A stretch of DNA of 64,000 nucleotides from a virus, in IMG/VR virus record IMGVR_UViG_3300017605_000087, positions 1 through 64,000 of that record. One strand, given 5' to 3'. A program made the position numbers and the translations under genes. How positions within the stretch are numbered: position 1 is the stretch's first letter; every line of letters starts with the position of its first letter. The notes under the pieces were generated by a model. It did not search any database. It was given only the letters and a program-made list of their open reading frames with translations, and was not told where the DNA came from. Shown in pieces: positions 1 through 10,024 of this stretch.

Positions 1-579
1 CTTCGTTTATATAATACAGCAACAGGTGTCTATGTACTTGCAAATCCTACTAAAGTAGGGCAACCTAATAAATCTATTATTAACGGACAAAGAATTAGTA
101 GTGGAGTTGTTAGAGAATTTGCTAAAGGTAAAATATTTGAAGCCATAAAGAAAAACTTTAAAGAACATTATGATAAACTTCCAAATGTACAAGTAGAAAA
201 TAATAAGTACCCTATAATAATAGTGTATGAACTTGTCGATACTGTAATTAATACAATAGGAGGACATAAGAAAAGTGATAAGTTAGGAGCAAGATGGGAC
301 GTAGGTAATAGACTAGCACCTTATCAAAAATGTATATTAGATGCTATTGTTGATGAAAAAATAATAGTAGATGATGAAAGAATGTTCGTAACAGGAGAGT
401 TTGGAATATTTACACCTCTTCCAGATCAATCTGATATGTATAGATGTTTAAAAATTCATATATATCAAGATAGAAGACAAGTAATATTAGAAAATCAGTA
501 TTATAAAAGAGTAAAACCAGCAATTAAAGAAATAATACAAGTTATATCTAAAGAAGAAGATTTACCTCCTTTAAATTAG
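1..579 (+). CDS. RusA-like Holliday junction resolvase (5' truncated by window edge)
   Basis: Frame 1 is open from base 1 (LRLYNTATG...YPIIIVYELVD), so the gene is longer than the 223..579 call. WDVGN...KCILDAIV...IIVDD matches the RusA D-x-D/G-N..K...D......DD pattern. Confidence 0.65.
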   Translation, partial: LRLYNTATGVYVLANPTKVGQPNKSIINGQRISSGVVREFAKGKIFEAIKKNFKEHYDKLPNVQVENNKYPIIIVYELVDTVINTIGGHKKSDKLGARWDVGNRLAPYQKCILDAIVDEKIIVDDERMFVTGEFGIFTPLPDQSDMYRCLKIHIYQDRRQVILENQYYKRVKPAIKEIIQVISKEEDLPPLN

Positions 580-606
580 CTTAGATTTTTTCATTGCGTA
601 TATTTG
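576..606 (+). promoter_or_regulatory. Candidate Bacteroidota housekeeping promoter upstream of ligase
   Basis: TTAG-N19-TATATTTG: -7 box matches TAnnTTTG, -33 box has one mismatch to TTTG; the -7 box lies in the 580-686 intergenic gap. Confidence 0.4.
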
Positions 607-686
607 TACATTCAAGTTCATAAGATGCTTATAACTTTTTATAGCTCTTACTTGTTTGTATCATTTAATTATCATAAATTTACATC

Positions 687-1904
687 ATGGCTAACATACA
701 AAAGTTTGACGACCTCTATGCCCGGAACTCACAAGGCGGTATAAAGACTTGGAGGGTTGAGGTAGAAGATGGTGAGATCGTTTTAGTACGCAGCTTTGCT
801 GGTCTATTAAACGGAAAAAAGACACCACAAATTAATAAAGTAAAAGAAGGAAAAAATAAAGGAAAAGCAAATGAAACTACACCTTTTCAACAAGGAATAT
901 CAGATGCTCAAAGTAAATGGAATAAAAGGAAAAGAGAAGGTTATAAATCATTAAGAGATTTAGGATTACTAGAAAATCTTGAAGGACAATTACTTGAAGA
1001 TGCTCTTGATGATGCTTTACCAGAAGTAAATAGTGATGCTAGTGGTAATATAATACCAATGAAAGCTCAACAATTTTACAAAGATAAAGATAGAACTATT
1101 CCTAGAATTAAATTTCCATGCTACGGACAACCAAAAATAAATGGAGTAAGAGCAGTAGCAGAATTTACTCCCCGTGGATTAGAATTTAGAAGTAAAAAAG
1201 GATTAGTATATAAATTAATGACACATATTGCTAATCAATTTCTTCCAAGTATGTTCTTCTCACATGTTGATAGTGGAACAGAAGTTCATATTATATTTGA
1301 TGGAGAATTATATATTCCAAATACTAAATTACAAGAAATAGGAAGTGCTGTTGATACATTAAGTTTAATGACTCAAACAGTACAATTTCATATATTTGAT
1401 TTAGCTATACCTAATTTTAGCCAGAGAGAACGTAATGAAATAAGAGATAAGTTATTAAATATAGACCATAACATGCCTCATATTATTAATGTAGAAACTA
1501 GATTAATTAATAATTTAGAAGAAGCATTAGCATTTCACCAAGAATGTAAAGAAAAAGGATATGAAGGTTCTATATTTAGAAGTCCATTAACCAAATATGA
1601 ATTTGGAAAAAGACCAGCTACAATGGTTAAATTAAAAGATAAAGAAAGTTTAGAATTTATTATTGTAGATGTAATTGAAAGTCAGAACGACCCAGGATTA
1701 GCTATAATGAGATGTAGAAATGATATAAACAATGAAACATTTGATGTAGTTCCTGAAGGTGGGGATGAATTAAGAAGAAAATATTTATTAGATAGAAGAA
1801 ATCTAATAGGAAAACTTTATACAGTAGAGTTTTACGAAAGAACAAGTCCTCCAAAAGAATTACCATTTCATACAACAGGAGTAGCAGTAAGAGATTATGA
1901 ATGA
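687..1904 (+). CDS. lig: ATP-dependent DNA ligase
   Basis: Motif I QPKINGVRA, FDGELY, FHIFD, GYEGSIFR, MVKLK, plus a C-terminal OB-like region. Confidence 0.93.
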   Translation: MANIQKFDDLYARNSQGGIKTWRVEVEDGEIVLVRSFAGLLNGKKTPQINKVKEGKNKGKANETTPFQQGISDAQSKWNKRKREGYKSLRDLGLLENLEGQLLEDALDDALPEVNSDASGNIIPMKAQQFYKDKDRTIPRIKFPCYGQPKINGVRAVAEFTPRGLEFRSKKGLVYKLMTHIANQFLPSMFFSHVDSGTEVHIIFDGELYIPNTKLQEIGSAVDTLSLMTQTVQFHIFDLAIPNFSQRERNEIRDKLLNIDHNMPHIINVETRLINNLEEALAFHQECKEKGYEGSIFRSPLTKYEFGKRPATMVKLKDKESLEFIIVDVIESQNDPGLAIMRCRNDINNETFDVVPEGGDELRRKYLLDRRNLIGKLYTVEFYERTSPPKELPFHTTGVAVRDYE

Positions 1905-2145
1905 TAATAAATATCCTCCGATTAATTCATATTCATTTTTTAAACATAATCAATGGGATATATTTTACGCAGTATATCCACATGCTTGTTATCAAATTTG
2001 TATTGGATTAAGGACAAATATACAAGTTGAAAGAGAATTTATTAAACAAAGAATATCTATAAATGTATTACATGAAGTTAGTGAAGAAGTATATAACTGC
2101 GCAAGAAAAGTAGTAGAAACTTTAAACTGGCTTGAAAATGTTTAA
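1897..2145 (+). CDS. hypothetical protein
   Basis: ATG ORF overlapping the ligase stop in a tightly packed operon. Confidence 0.55.
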   Translation: MNDNKYPPINSYSFFKHNQWDIFYAVYPHACYQICIGLRTNIQVEREFIKQRISINVLHEVSEEVYNCARKVVETLNWLENV

Positions 2146-2389
2146 TATTCCTGATGAAACCAAAGTAAGAGTAATAAAGGAAGTATATTGTAAAACAAGT
2201 CCTAATGGTAATGCTGGATTATATAATATTATAGCAGGAGAAAAATATCATTATGAAGTGTTAACAACAATTCCTTTTGTATTCAGAGTATATCGTGGTT
2301 ATATAGATGATAGTACATATCAAAAATATCACGATGTATCTATCGAAATATTTAGAACATATTTTAAACCAAATGAAACACACTGTTAA
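2132..2389 (+). CDS. hypothetical protein (start possibly ATG 2138)
   Basis: Operon packing; no recognised motif. Confidence 0.55.
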   Translation: MKMFNIPDETKVRVIKEVYCKTSPNGNAGLYNIIAGEKYHYEVLTTIPFVFRVYRGYIDDSTYQKYHDVSIEIFRTYFKPNETHC

Positions 2390-2392
2390 ATA

Positions 2393-3016
2393 ATGAACTT
2401 AAATCAGATACAACAAGACTATTTACTATTGATGCAAGAAATTGAGGATAACGATGGTGTCCTTGATGAATCAATGGAAGAAAGATTATATATTAACCAA
2501 AATGAACTCGAAGATAAACTAAAAGCATACGGATATGTTATTAGATTAAAGAATAATGAAATCAAGTTTATTGATGATGAAATAGCAAGACTTAGTACAT
2601 TTAAAGTTATTAAGAACAATCTAATTGAAAGACTTAAAAAATCAATACAAGGAGCATTATTGCTTTATGGTACTGATGGTAAGTCTGGAAATAAACAATT
2701 AAAATATGATACATTAAATATATATAATGTATATCACAAACCTACTATTATTGAAGATGAAGAAAACTTTAATAATATGGAATTTATCAACTTTACATTA
2801 AATGAAAAGTTGACTAAAGAAGAATCAGCTTTATTAGTAGAAACATTATTAAAGAAAAGATTAGGTATAACAGAATTATCACCTGATTTAATTGCTAATG
2901 GTGTATCAGTAAGTAAAGCAATTGATAAAACTAAAATTGGTAAAGCACTTAAAAATGGACAAGAAGTTGATGGTGCACATTTAGATGAAGAAGCAAACTA
3001 TATAGTAATTAAATAA
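2393..3016 (+). CDS. Siphovirus Gp157/Mu Gam-like protein
   Basis: N-terminal coiled coil EDKLKAY...EIARL...ERLK and C-terminal IDKTKIGKALKNGQEVDGAHL, typical of Gp157. Confidence 0.8.
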   Translation: MNLNQIQQDYLLLMQEIEDNDGVLDESMEERLYINQNELEDKLKAYGYVIRLKNNEIKFIDDEIARLSTFKVIKNNLIERLKKSIQGALLLYGTDGKSGNKQLKYDTLNIYNVYHKPTIIEDEENFNNMEFINFTLNEKLTKEESALLVETLLKKRLGITELSPDLIANGVSVSKAIDKTKIGKALKNGQEVDGAHLDEEANYIVIK

Positions 3017-3240
3017 TGGCAAAAGCAATAGTTTTAATAGTACCAGATGATGTTGTAGCAAATGGTTTTGCTTTGTATGCAGGACAACAGTTACTACAAG
3101 ATTTTAAACATCATAATAGAACTCATACAAATATGAGTAAAGTTGATGATTTAAAACATGCCGAAGTAGAATTAGATTGGGATAAATCTAAAGAAGAAAA
3201 AGGAGAAGTAGAAATGATTCACACAATAATTCTAAAATAA
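3016..3240 (+). CDS. hypothetical protein
   Basis: TAATG-coupled on both sides. Confidence 0.65.
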   Translation: MAKAIVLIVPDDVVANGFALYAGQQLLQDFKHHNRTHTNMSKVDDLKHAEVELDWDKSKEEKGEVEMIHTIILK

Positions 3241-3935
3241 TGGATTTATTTGATGAAGATAATACTTTAAGAGATGGATTTAAAAAAGAGTTAGGAGAAT
3301 GGTCTGATACCTTATATAACATAACTCTTGAAAGATTAGACTCTGTATTAGAGAAAGTAAAAGAAGAAAGAGCTAAATATACTGTATACCCTCCAGAAGA
3401 TGAAATGTTAAGAATATATAGAAAAATAGCTCCTAAAGATGTTAAAGTTGTAATAGTAGGACAAGACCCCTATTATAATGGAAATGCTAATGGTATAGCA
3501 TTTGCATGTAAATTACAACCAAGTCCTTCATTAATAAGTGTAGTAAAAGCTATGATGAAAGATGTAGGAACATTAGAAAAACAATATGATATGCAATTAC
3601 AACACTTATTAAAACAAGGTGTATTTCTACTTAATACAGTTTTAACTGTAAGAAAAGATGAACCAAATAGTCATAAATCATTAGGATGGCAAGAATTTAC
3701 TAAAGCTACAATTGGATTATTAAGTGATAAACATAATAGAATAGTATTTATGTTATGGGGGAGTGAAGCTATAAGTAATTTCAAAGGATTTATTAATGAA
3801 GAAAAACATTTAGTTCTAACTGGAGAACATCCTGTAAATGCAGCACGTAATAAGAAGGATTGGAAATGTAATCATTTTAGTGTAGCAAATGAATATCTAA
3901 GACAACATGGCAAAGAGCCTATCAAGTGGATTTAA
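3240..3935 (+). CDS. ung: Family-1 uracil-DNA glycosylase
   Basis: VIVGQDPY, GVFLLNTVLTV, FMLWG, HP motif. Confidence 0.95.
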   Translation: MDLFDEDNTLRDGFKKELGEWSDTLYNITLERLDSVLEKVKEERAKYTVYPPEDEMLRIYRKIAPKDVKVVIVGQDPYYNGNANGIAFACKLQPSPSLISVVKAMMKDVGTLEKQYDMQLQHLLKQGVFLLNTVLTVRKDEPNSHKSLGWQEFTKATIGLLSDKHNRIVFMLWGSEAISNFKGFINEEKHLVLTGEHPVNAARNKKDWKCNHFSVANEYLRQHGKEPIKWI

Positions 3936-3951
3936 TTCAAATATATAAACA

Positions 3952-4203
3952 ATGGAAAACAACGAAACAACAAAACCAGAGCCTTCAATTGGCGAAAAAA
4001 GAGTAAGAGTTGACTTTAACGTTAATAAAGACGAGAAAGTAGATGAAATTAAAAAGAAGTATGCTGAACTAATCAATTTGATTGATGGTTTAAAAGGAGA
4101 TGGAAGTCAAGTTTTATCAGCAGAAAAAGGAAGACTTATCAGTATTGCAATGACTGAAACCGAAAGTGCAGCTATGTGGGCTGTAAAAGCAGCAACTTGT
4201 TAG
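3952..4203 (+). CDS. Acb2/Vs.4-like small helical-hairpin protein (putative cyclic-nucleotide sponge)
   Basis: 83 aa; VDEIKKKYAELINLI and RLISIAMTETESAAMWAVKAAT resemble the T4 Vs.4/Acb2 C-terminal helix (IAKTKLKEASMWACRAV). Confidence 0.7.
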   Translation: MENNETTKPEPSIGEKRVRVDFNVNKDEKVDEIKKKYAELINLIDGLKGDGSQVLSAEKGRLISIAMTETESAAMWAVKAATC

Positions 4204-4211
4204 AGATTAAT

Positions 4212-4240
4212 TATAGGGTGGGAGAATATCTCACCCTATA
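4212..4240 (+). terminator. Stem-loop after the Acb2-like gene
   Basis: TATAGGGTGGGA-gaata-TCTCACCCTATA inverted repeat; U-tract is weak. Confidence 0.55.
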
Positions 4241-4255
4241 TTATAACTATGAACT

Positions 4256-4606
4256 ATGATTGTATTAGAAATATTAGCAAAACAGATATTAAATGAATCA
4301 GCTTATAATGCTGGAGCATGTAATAGAATGGCTAAAGATGAAGAACCTTGGTCAAGATTATATAGAGGACAAGATGTAGAAGATCTTGTTAATGCTTTAA
4401 TGAAACTTGATACAAGAGTTCAAATATTTGACTCTTTTGAAGAAAAATTACTTATTAATTCATATCTTGAAGATATTGATAGAGTAATTAGGGAACCATT
4501 TTATAAAATGTTTGGAAGAGGAGGAGAAGCAGGAGAAATAGATGCTTTTCTTGAAAGACATCCTGAATGGAAAGTAATTAGTGATATAATAAATAGACCT
4601 TATTAA
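4256..4606 (+). CDS. hypothetical protein
   Basis: ATG ORF in operon. Confidence 0.6.
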   Translation: MIVLEILAKQILNESAYNAGACNRMAKDEEPWSRLYRGQDVEDLVNALMKLDTRVQIFDSFEEKLLINSYLEDIDRVIREPFYKMFGRGGEAGEIDAFLERHPEWKVISDIINRPY

Positions 4607-4608
4607 GT

Positions 4609-4857
4609 ATGGAAGGAACTGTAACATTACCGCTAAAAGACTATAATGATTTAAGAGATTTTAAAGAGAAAACTCTTAAAGAAAAAGACGAAGATACATC
4701 AGTAGCTCAGGATTTTATTAAATTAATGTTTAATAAATTAAATGAAGAACAAATTAATCATGTATTAATGTTGATGGATGCTGATGTACAAGTTATTACT
4801 CAAGGTGGAAAACTAAGAGAAATAGGAAGAGGACAAAACCACTTTAAATTCAAATAA
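4609..4857 (+). CDS. hypothetical protein
   Basis: ATG ORF abutting both neighbours. Confidence 0.6.
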   Translation: MEGTVTLPLKDYNDLRDFKEKTLKEKDEDTSVAQDFIKLMFNKLNEEQINHVLMLMDADVQVITQGGKLREIGRGQNHFKFK

Positions 4858-6096
4858 ATGAGCCAAATAAGAGCAACCGTAGTAGCCGATTCAATCAATG
4901 AATTTGGAAACAGATTAACTACTTTATTAGTAGTAATGCCAAGATATATTCTAGCTGAGTTCAATACTCATAGAATGTTAAGTAAAAATAGTGCTAGTAG
5001 TAGAGCTATACCATTTAAAAAAATGGTAGAAATGGTGAAAACTAATCCATTTATTCCAATGGCTTGGCAAAAAGACCACAAAGGTATGCAAGGAACTGAA
5101 TATTTATCTAAGATAGAAAAATATCAATTATCTGGATTTGCCTCTGCTTTAATAGATACTTTACAAACTTTTGATAAAGAGTCAAAAGATTATAAAGAAT
5201 TAAAAGAAGAATTAGATGAGAAAGTTCATTTGATTGAAACTATTCTTGCTCCATATAAATTTGAAGAAAAAACTTTAGATGAATGGTGGTTATTTGCAAG
5301 AGATAAAGCTGTTGAAGCTGCATGTATAATGTATGTATTTAGAGTGACTAAGCAATTAGCTAACAGATTACTTGAACCATTTATGTATCATACTGTATTA
5401 GTAACTGGAACAGAATGGGAGAATTTCTTTCATTTAAGATGTCCACAATATCTTGATGAAACATCTGGAAAACTATATAAAAGTAAGAGTGAATATGCTA
5501 CTTTTAGTAATGATCCAGAGTTTACTGACTTTAATACTGATATTAATTGGCTTGAAAAGAATAAAGGACAGGCTGATATTCATATGATGGCAACAGCAGA
5601 AGCTATATACATTGCAATACATGAAAGTACACCTAAAGAATTACAAGCTGGTGAATGGCACATACCATTTGGAGATAAGATGGATTCTGATTTATTATTT
5701 AAAGCAGCTTTAAAATCAAAAGGAATGGAAGATTATCAAGGTGGTGGGCCATTAGATTTTGAAGTAAAACTAATTAATGCAACAAGAATAAAAGTAGCAG
5801 TAGCCAGAGCAGCTAGAACTTCTTACACAACAGTAGGTGAAGAAGGAAAACCCGATAATTATGAAGCTGATATTGCTTTACATGATAGATTAGCTAAGTC
5901 AGGCCATTGGTCATGCTTTGAACATGTAGCTGAAACTATGAGTCAAGACCAGTACGAAGAATGGGGGCAATATAAACCACATTTTAATAAAGATGGAGAT
6001 ATTATTGGAGGAGATACAGAATTAGGCTGGTGTGGTAACTTCAGAGGATTTTTACAATATAGAAAAATGTTTGCTAATGAAAACATTACAGAATGA
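4858..6096 (+). CDS. thyX: Flavin-dependent thymidylate synthase (Thy1/ThyX-like, with insertions)
   Basis: RYILAEFNTHRMLSKNSASSRAIP (RHR-x7-S-type motif), KQLANRLLEPF, NFFHLR, ARAARTSY, GHWSCFEH. Confidence 0.88.
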   Translation: MSQIRATVVADSINEFGNRLTTLLVVMPRYILAEFNTHRMLSKNSASSRAIPFKKMVEMVKTNPFIPMAWQKDHKGMQGTEYLSKIEKYQLSGFASALIDTLQTFDKESKDYKELKEELDEKVHLIETILAPYKFEEKTLDEWWLFARDKAVEAACIMYVFRVTKQLANRLLEPFMYHTVLVTGTEWENFFHLRCPQYLDETSGKLYKSKSEYATFSNDPEFTDFNTDINWLEKNKGQADIHMMATAEAIYIAIHESTPKELQAGEWHIPFGDKMDSDLLFKAALKSKGMEDYQGGGPLDFEVKLINATRIKVAVARAARTSYTTVGEEGKPDNYEADIALHDRLAKSGHWSCFEHVAETMSQDQYEEWGQYKPHFNKDGDIIGGDTELGWCGNFRGFLQYRKMFANENITE

Positions 6097-8495
6097 TAAT
6101 TAAAGAAACAAAAGGTTTAGAAGTAGAAAACATAGGAGGAAATACAGAAAGTATAGAAGCAGGTATTAATGCTGCTTCTATGCCTTTCTTATTTGAGATG
6201 TTATCTAAATCATTATACAGTAATCCAATTGGTAGTATATGCAGAGAAATAACTTCTAATTGCTTCGATAGTCATACCGAAGTAGGAGTAGATGATGCTG
6301 TTGTAGTACGAAAAGGAAATGATGAAGAAGGTACATATATATCATTTGTTGATTTTGGTGTGGGGTTAAATCCTGAAAGGATAAATAATATCTATATGAA
6401 CTATTTTAGTTCAACTAAAAGAGAAACAAACGATCAAATAGGAGGATTTGGATTAGGTTCAAAAAGTCCTCTAAGTTATGCCGAATACTTTTATATTAAT
6501 ACTATTTCAGATGGAATAAAGTATCAATATATATTTAGTAGAGGAGAAAGATTACCAACTCTTGATCTGATGGATAAAACAGAAACCACAGAAAGAAATG
6601 GTACAGAAATAAGAATATACATTAAAGATAGATATGATGTAACTAAATTCGAGGAAGAACTAAAGAAACAGTTATGTTATTTTGATAATGTATATTTTGA
6701 AGGATGGAATATAGAAAATAATTATACTATTTTTGAAGGAGAACATTTCAAATTTAGAAATAAAAACCAATACGATAAAGAAATGCACATCGTATTAGGT
6801 AAAGTAGCGTATCCAATAGATTGGGAACAATTAGGTATTTCAGCATATAATATTGCAGTTGGGGTAAAATTTGAGATAGGAGAACTTCTCGTAACTCCCA
6901 ACAGAGAACAGTTAAGATATACAGATGAGATAATTACTTTAGTACAACAAAGAATCAATCATGTAATCGACGAACTAACTGGTATATTTAATAAACAAAA
7001 TGAAGCCTTTGACTCATTCTTTGCGTGGTACAATAAGAAAACAGAGAAACCTTTTATAATGTTTCAAAAAGAGGGAGAAGCACCTGATAAATTATACTTG
7101 TATGGATTAGAACATGTAAATAAACGACATACTTATAAGTATTTTGAAGGACTAGAAGATATAGTAAATCTTCCTGATATTGTAGGATTATTCTTTACCT
7201 TTTTAGGTTCAGTAATTAATAAGAAAAAAGATAAGGATTCATATAATGTTAACGTAACTGAAACTATTAGTAGAGGAAATAGACATAATAATCATATTTC
7301 TATGACTCCTTATATGAGTGCTGAAAAGGATTGGTTAATTGAACAAGGTGATGTATTTTGTCCTAAGATAACTTATGCTTTTAAGAAACATGGAGCTAAT
7401 ATGTTTTTAAAGTTAAGTAAAGAACATATTCCTAAAGGTGGATATAGTAATCGTTCAGATGCTTATTACTTTAATCTTGGAGCAGGACTAAAGATTTATA
7501 AACTAATGAAAGCTATACAAAGTGAAGTAATTCAAATGTGTGGTGAGTATAGAGAATTAAATCAAGAAGAACTTCAGGAATATAGAGAAGAAAAAAGACA
7601 GAATGATGCTAATTTACAAAGAAGATTAAATGGTAAAGTATTTGTAAAGTCGCTTACTACTAATCAAAATTATGATTGGAAAGTAATGACTGATAAAAGT
7701 TTTAAACCATCTAGTAAAAAGGATAATCATAAGTATTTTGGTATAGAAGATTTTAAAGGTCTTGTAATATATGGATTTAGAGATGATGTAAAAGCATTAG
7801 AAAAGTCCATTACATTGCTATCTCAAGTACGTAAAAAATACTTTTATTCAAACTCTAATACTAATTGGAAACCTAAAGCACATGATAAGATACTAAAGGT
7901 AATACAAATTAATAAACAAAATGAGAAATACTTTAAAGGTAGAAAAAATATGGTTCATGTAAATAATTTATATGGGGATAATGCTCTATTTAGAGCTATG
8001 GCTTCTTCATTTAAAATAGAACAATTCTTTGATGATATTAAAGAAGATAATGAAGATAATACAATAGTGTACATTCAACATATGAAAAATATATGCCAAG
8101 ACATTGGTGATACTTTAGAAGAATTATATAAATATTACAAGGAAACTAATATAAATGAAAGAGCTTGGAATGTAAGATATGAAAGAAGTGATATTAGAAG
8201 AGAAGTAATGAAAGTTGCTAGGGAAAAGAATTTATATGACCCTGCTGTTGAATTATTGTTTAATAAAGTAGAAGAATGGTTTAAAGGTGTGGAGTTAATT
8301 CGTTATATGAAAATAAATGAAAAGACATTACCATACATATTAAAGTTCTTATATGAGAACAAGAAGAGATTAAATCTTGAATATTATCAGAAGATAATGG
8401 ACACAGGTAAACTCGTCCAGCTTGAAATAGATTTTGAGCCAAAAGAGATACCAGAATTAACTAAATTTCAAATAATTACACAAAACGTTGCATAA
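6093..8495 (+). CDS. rIIA: rIIA-like protein with N-terminal GHKL ATPase
   Basis: LYSNPIGSICREITSNCFDSH, DFGVG, STK, GGFGLGSKS, NGTEI, PNREQL. Confidence 0.85.
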   Translation: MIIKETKGLEVENIGGNTESIEAGINAASMPFLFEMLSKSLYSNPIGSICREITSNCFDSHTEVGVDDAVVVRKGNDEEGTYISFVDFGVGLNPERINNIYMNYFSSTKRETNDQIGGFGLGSKSPLSYAEYFYINTISDGIKYQYIFSRGERLPTLDLMDKTETTERNGTEIRIYIKDRYDVTKFEEELKKQLCYFDNVYFEGWNIENNYTIFEGEHFKFRNKNQYDKEMHIVLGKVAYPIDWEQLGISAYNIAVGVKFEIGELLVTPNREQLRYTDEIITLVQQRINHVIDELTGIFNKQNEAFDSFFAWYNKKTEKPFIMFQKEGEAPDKLYLYGLEHVNKRHTYKYFEGLEDIVNLPDIVGLFFTFLGSVINKKKDKDSYNVNVTETISRGNRHNNHISMTPYMSAEKDWLIEQGDVFCPKITYAFKKHGANMFLKLSKEHIPKGGYSNRSDAYYFNLGAGLKIYKLMKAIQSEVIQMCGEYRELNQEELQEYREEKRQNDANLQRRLNGKVFVKSLTTNQNYDWKVMTDKSFKPSSKKDNHKYFGIEDFKGLVIYGFRDDVKALEKSITLLSQVRKKYFYSNSNTNWKPKAHDKILKVIQINKQNEKYFKGRKNMVHVNNLYGDNALFRAMASSFKIEQFFDDIKEDNEDNTIVYIQHMKNICQDIGDTLEELYKYYKETNINERAWNVRYERSDIRREVMKVAREKNLYDPAVELLFNKVEEWFKGVELIRYMKINEKTLPYILKFLYENKKRLNLEYYQKIMDTGKLVQLEIDFEPKEIPELTKFQIITQNVA

Positions 8496-8962
8496 TGGGA
8501 ACTAAAAAAGAAATAATCGCAAAAAGATACGGAAAGAATCTAGTAGTAATGATTGATGGTACTAAAATTACCAGAGTAATTGATACTGATAAAGATAAAA
8601 AAGATGAAGTATCTATTAAGAATAAAATCTTACTTTACAATAAGAAAAATAGTAAAGAATTAAAAGATCAAATTATAGCTTTAGTTGATACTAAGAAAAA
8701 AGAAAAAGAAAAGAAAGTAGCTGAGAAAAAGGGATTGAAGAAATCCATTAAGAAAGAAGCTAAAGCTACTACTAAAAATAAAAAGGAACAAAAACAAGTT
8801 GTAAAGAGTAAATCTGAATTAATTAAAGAATTAGGAAAGAAAGAACTTACAACAGAAGATGCTGCTGAGTTACAAGCAATATTAGATAAAATTGCGAATA
8901 AAGAAAAGGAAACAAAGGTAGAACCTACTGTTACTTCTGTTCCAAAAAAAAAGGAGTATTAA
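8495..8962 (+). CDS. Lys-rich hypothetical protein
   Basis: TAATG-coupled to rIIA; highly charged. Confidence 0.65.
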   Translation: MGTKKEIIAKRYGKNLVVMIDGTKITRVIDTDKDKKDEVSIKNKILLYNKKNSKELKDQIIALVDTKKKEKEKKVAEKKGLKKSIKKEAKATTKNKKEQKQVVKSKSELIKELGKKELTTEDAAELQAILDKIANKEKETKVEPTVTSVPKKKEY

Positions 8963-8999
8963 TATCAAACATAGTACAATCATTACAAAATAAAAAGAG

Positions 9000-9791
9000 A
9001 TGAAATTTGAAGAGCTAATTGAGGTGGGGGTTTATACCTCCCCTCTTGCTCTCTTATCAATAAAAGATGCAAAGGTAGTTGATAAGATTAATAATTACCT
9101 TCCATATAGTATTGGTATAGAGATAGAGTGTATGAAATCTCCCGAATTTAATTTGGAGAACTTTACATCTATTCCAGATATAATGGATGTGAAAATAGAT
9201 AGTGAAGAACAAAGGTTTAGAATACCTAATGGATTAGTAGGATTGATATGCCTATATAATATCTGTGAAAGATTGAAAATAAATTCAGAATTAAATCCTG
9301 AAAGTGGACATCATTATCATATTGATATGACACATACTTATGATATGTTATCAAATGAATTTATAAAAAGTAATGAAGATTGGATATTAAGAGAACTTGA
9401 TACTTGGGAATATGGAGGAACTTATAATAGAAGACAAATAGAATTTAATTGTTCTCACAATTGGATGCGCTTTCAATCAGATTTTAAGACTGCTGAAATA
9501 CGCATAGGTAACATGACATTTGATTATGATATAATTGTAAGAAGATTAATTCACGCATGTCAGATTATAAGAAAACTTAATTACAAACTTGTAAATCAAG
9601 AATTATTAGTATTTGGTAAACCTGATATTCATTTACTACAATCTCAAGTTATAAATGCTAAATATAAAAGTAAGATGGATTATCTTATGAAACAATTAGC
9701 ATCACTTGAAGAAGATAGTAATAATGAAGTACAATCAACAGAAGAACAAAGAAAACAAGTAATTAAAAATAGGGTAATTAAAATCAAATAA
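9000..9791 (+). CDS. Putative amidoligase (COOH-NH2 ligase fold)
   Basis: SIGIEIE...ESGHHYHI...TAEIR matches the GxExE / GxHxH / ExR pattern of phage amidoligases. Confidence 0.65.
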   Translation: MKFEELIEVGVYTSPLALLSIKDAKVVDKINNYLPYSIGIEIECMKSPEFNLENFTSIPDIMDVKIDSEEQRFRIPNGLVGLICLYNICERLKINSELNPESGHHYHIDMTHTYDMLSNEFIKSNEDWILRELDTWEYGGTYNRRQIEFNCSHNWMRFQSDFKTAEIRIGNMTFDYDIIVRRLIHACQIIRKLNYKLVNQELLVFGKPDIHLLQSQVINAKYKSKMDYLMKQLASLEEDSNNEVQSTEEQRKQVIKNRVIKIK

Positions 9792-9793
9792 CT

Positions 9794-10024
9794 ATGACAA
9801 TTGAATGTCCAGATGATGTAATTAACATCATACAAGAAGAAATTAATAATAATGAAGAATTGTATATTAACGAAATTGATGAAATAAGAGCATTCGATGG
9901 ACTATACGATGATTGGAATAATCTAATAATTGAAATATTAGATTACCATAATAAACCTAGAGCATTGGCTCCCGTAATATTTGATAGAACTAAATCATTT
10001 TTAAAACCAAAAGAAGAATGTTAA
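9794..10024 (+). CDS. acidic hypothetical protein
   Basis: Operon packing. Confidence 0.55.
   Translation: MTIECPDDVINIIQEEINNNEELYINEIDEIRAFDGLYDDWNNLIIEILDYHNKPRALAPVIFDRTKSFLKPKEEC

Noticed and set aside
8944-8952. A9 run near the end of the Lys-rich ORF as a frameshift fusing it to the amidoligase
   Set aside because: The amidoligase frame has TAA at 8991 before ATG 9000, so no fusion is possible.
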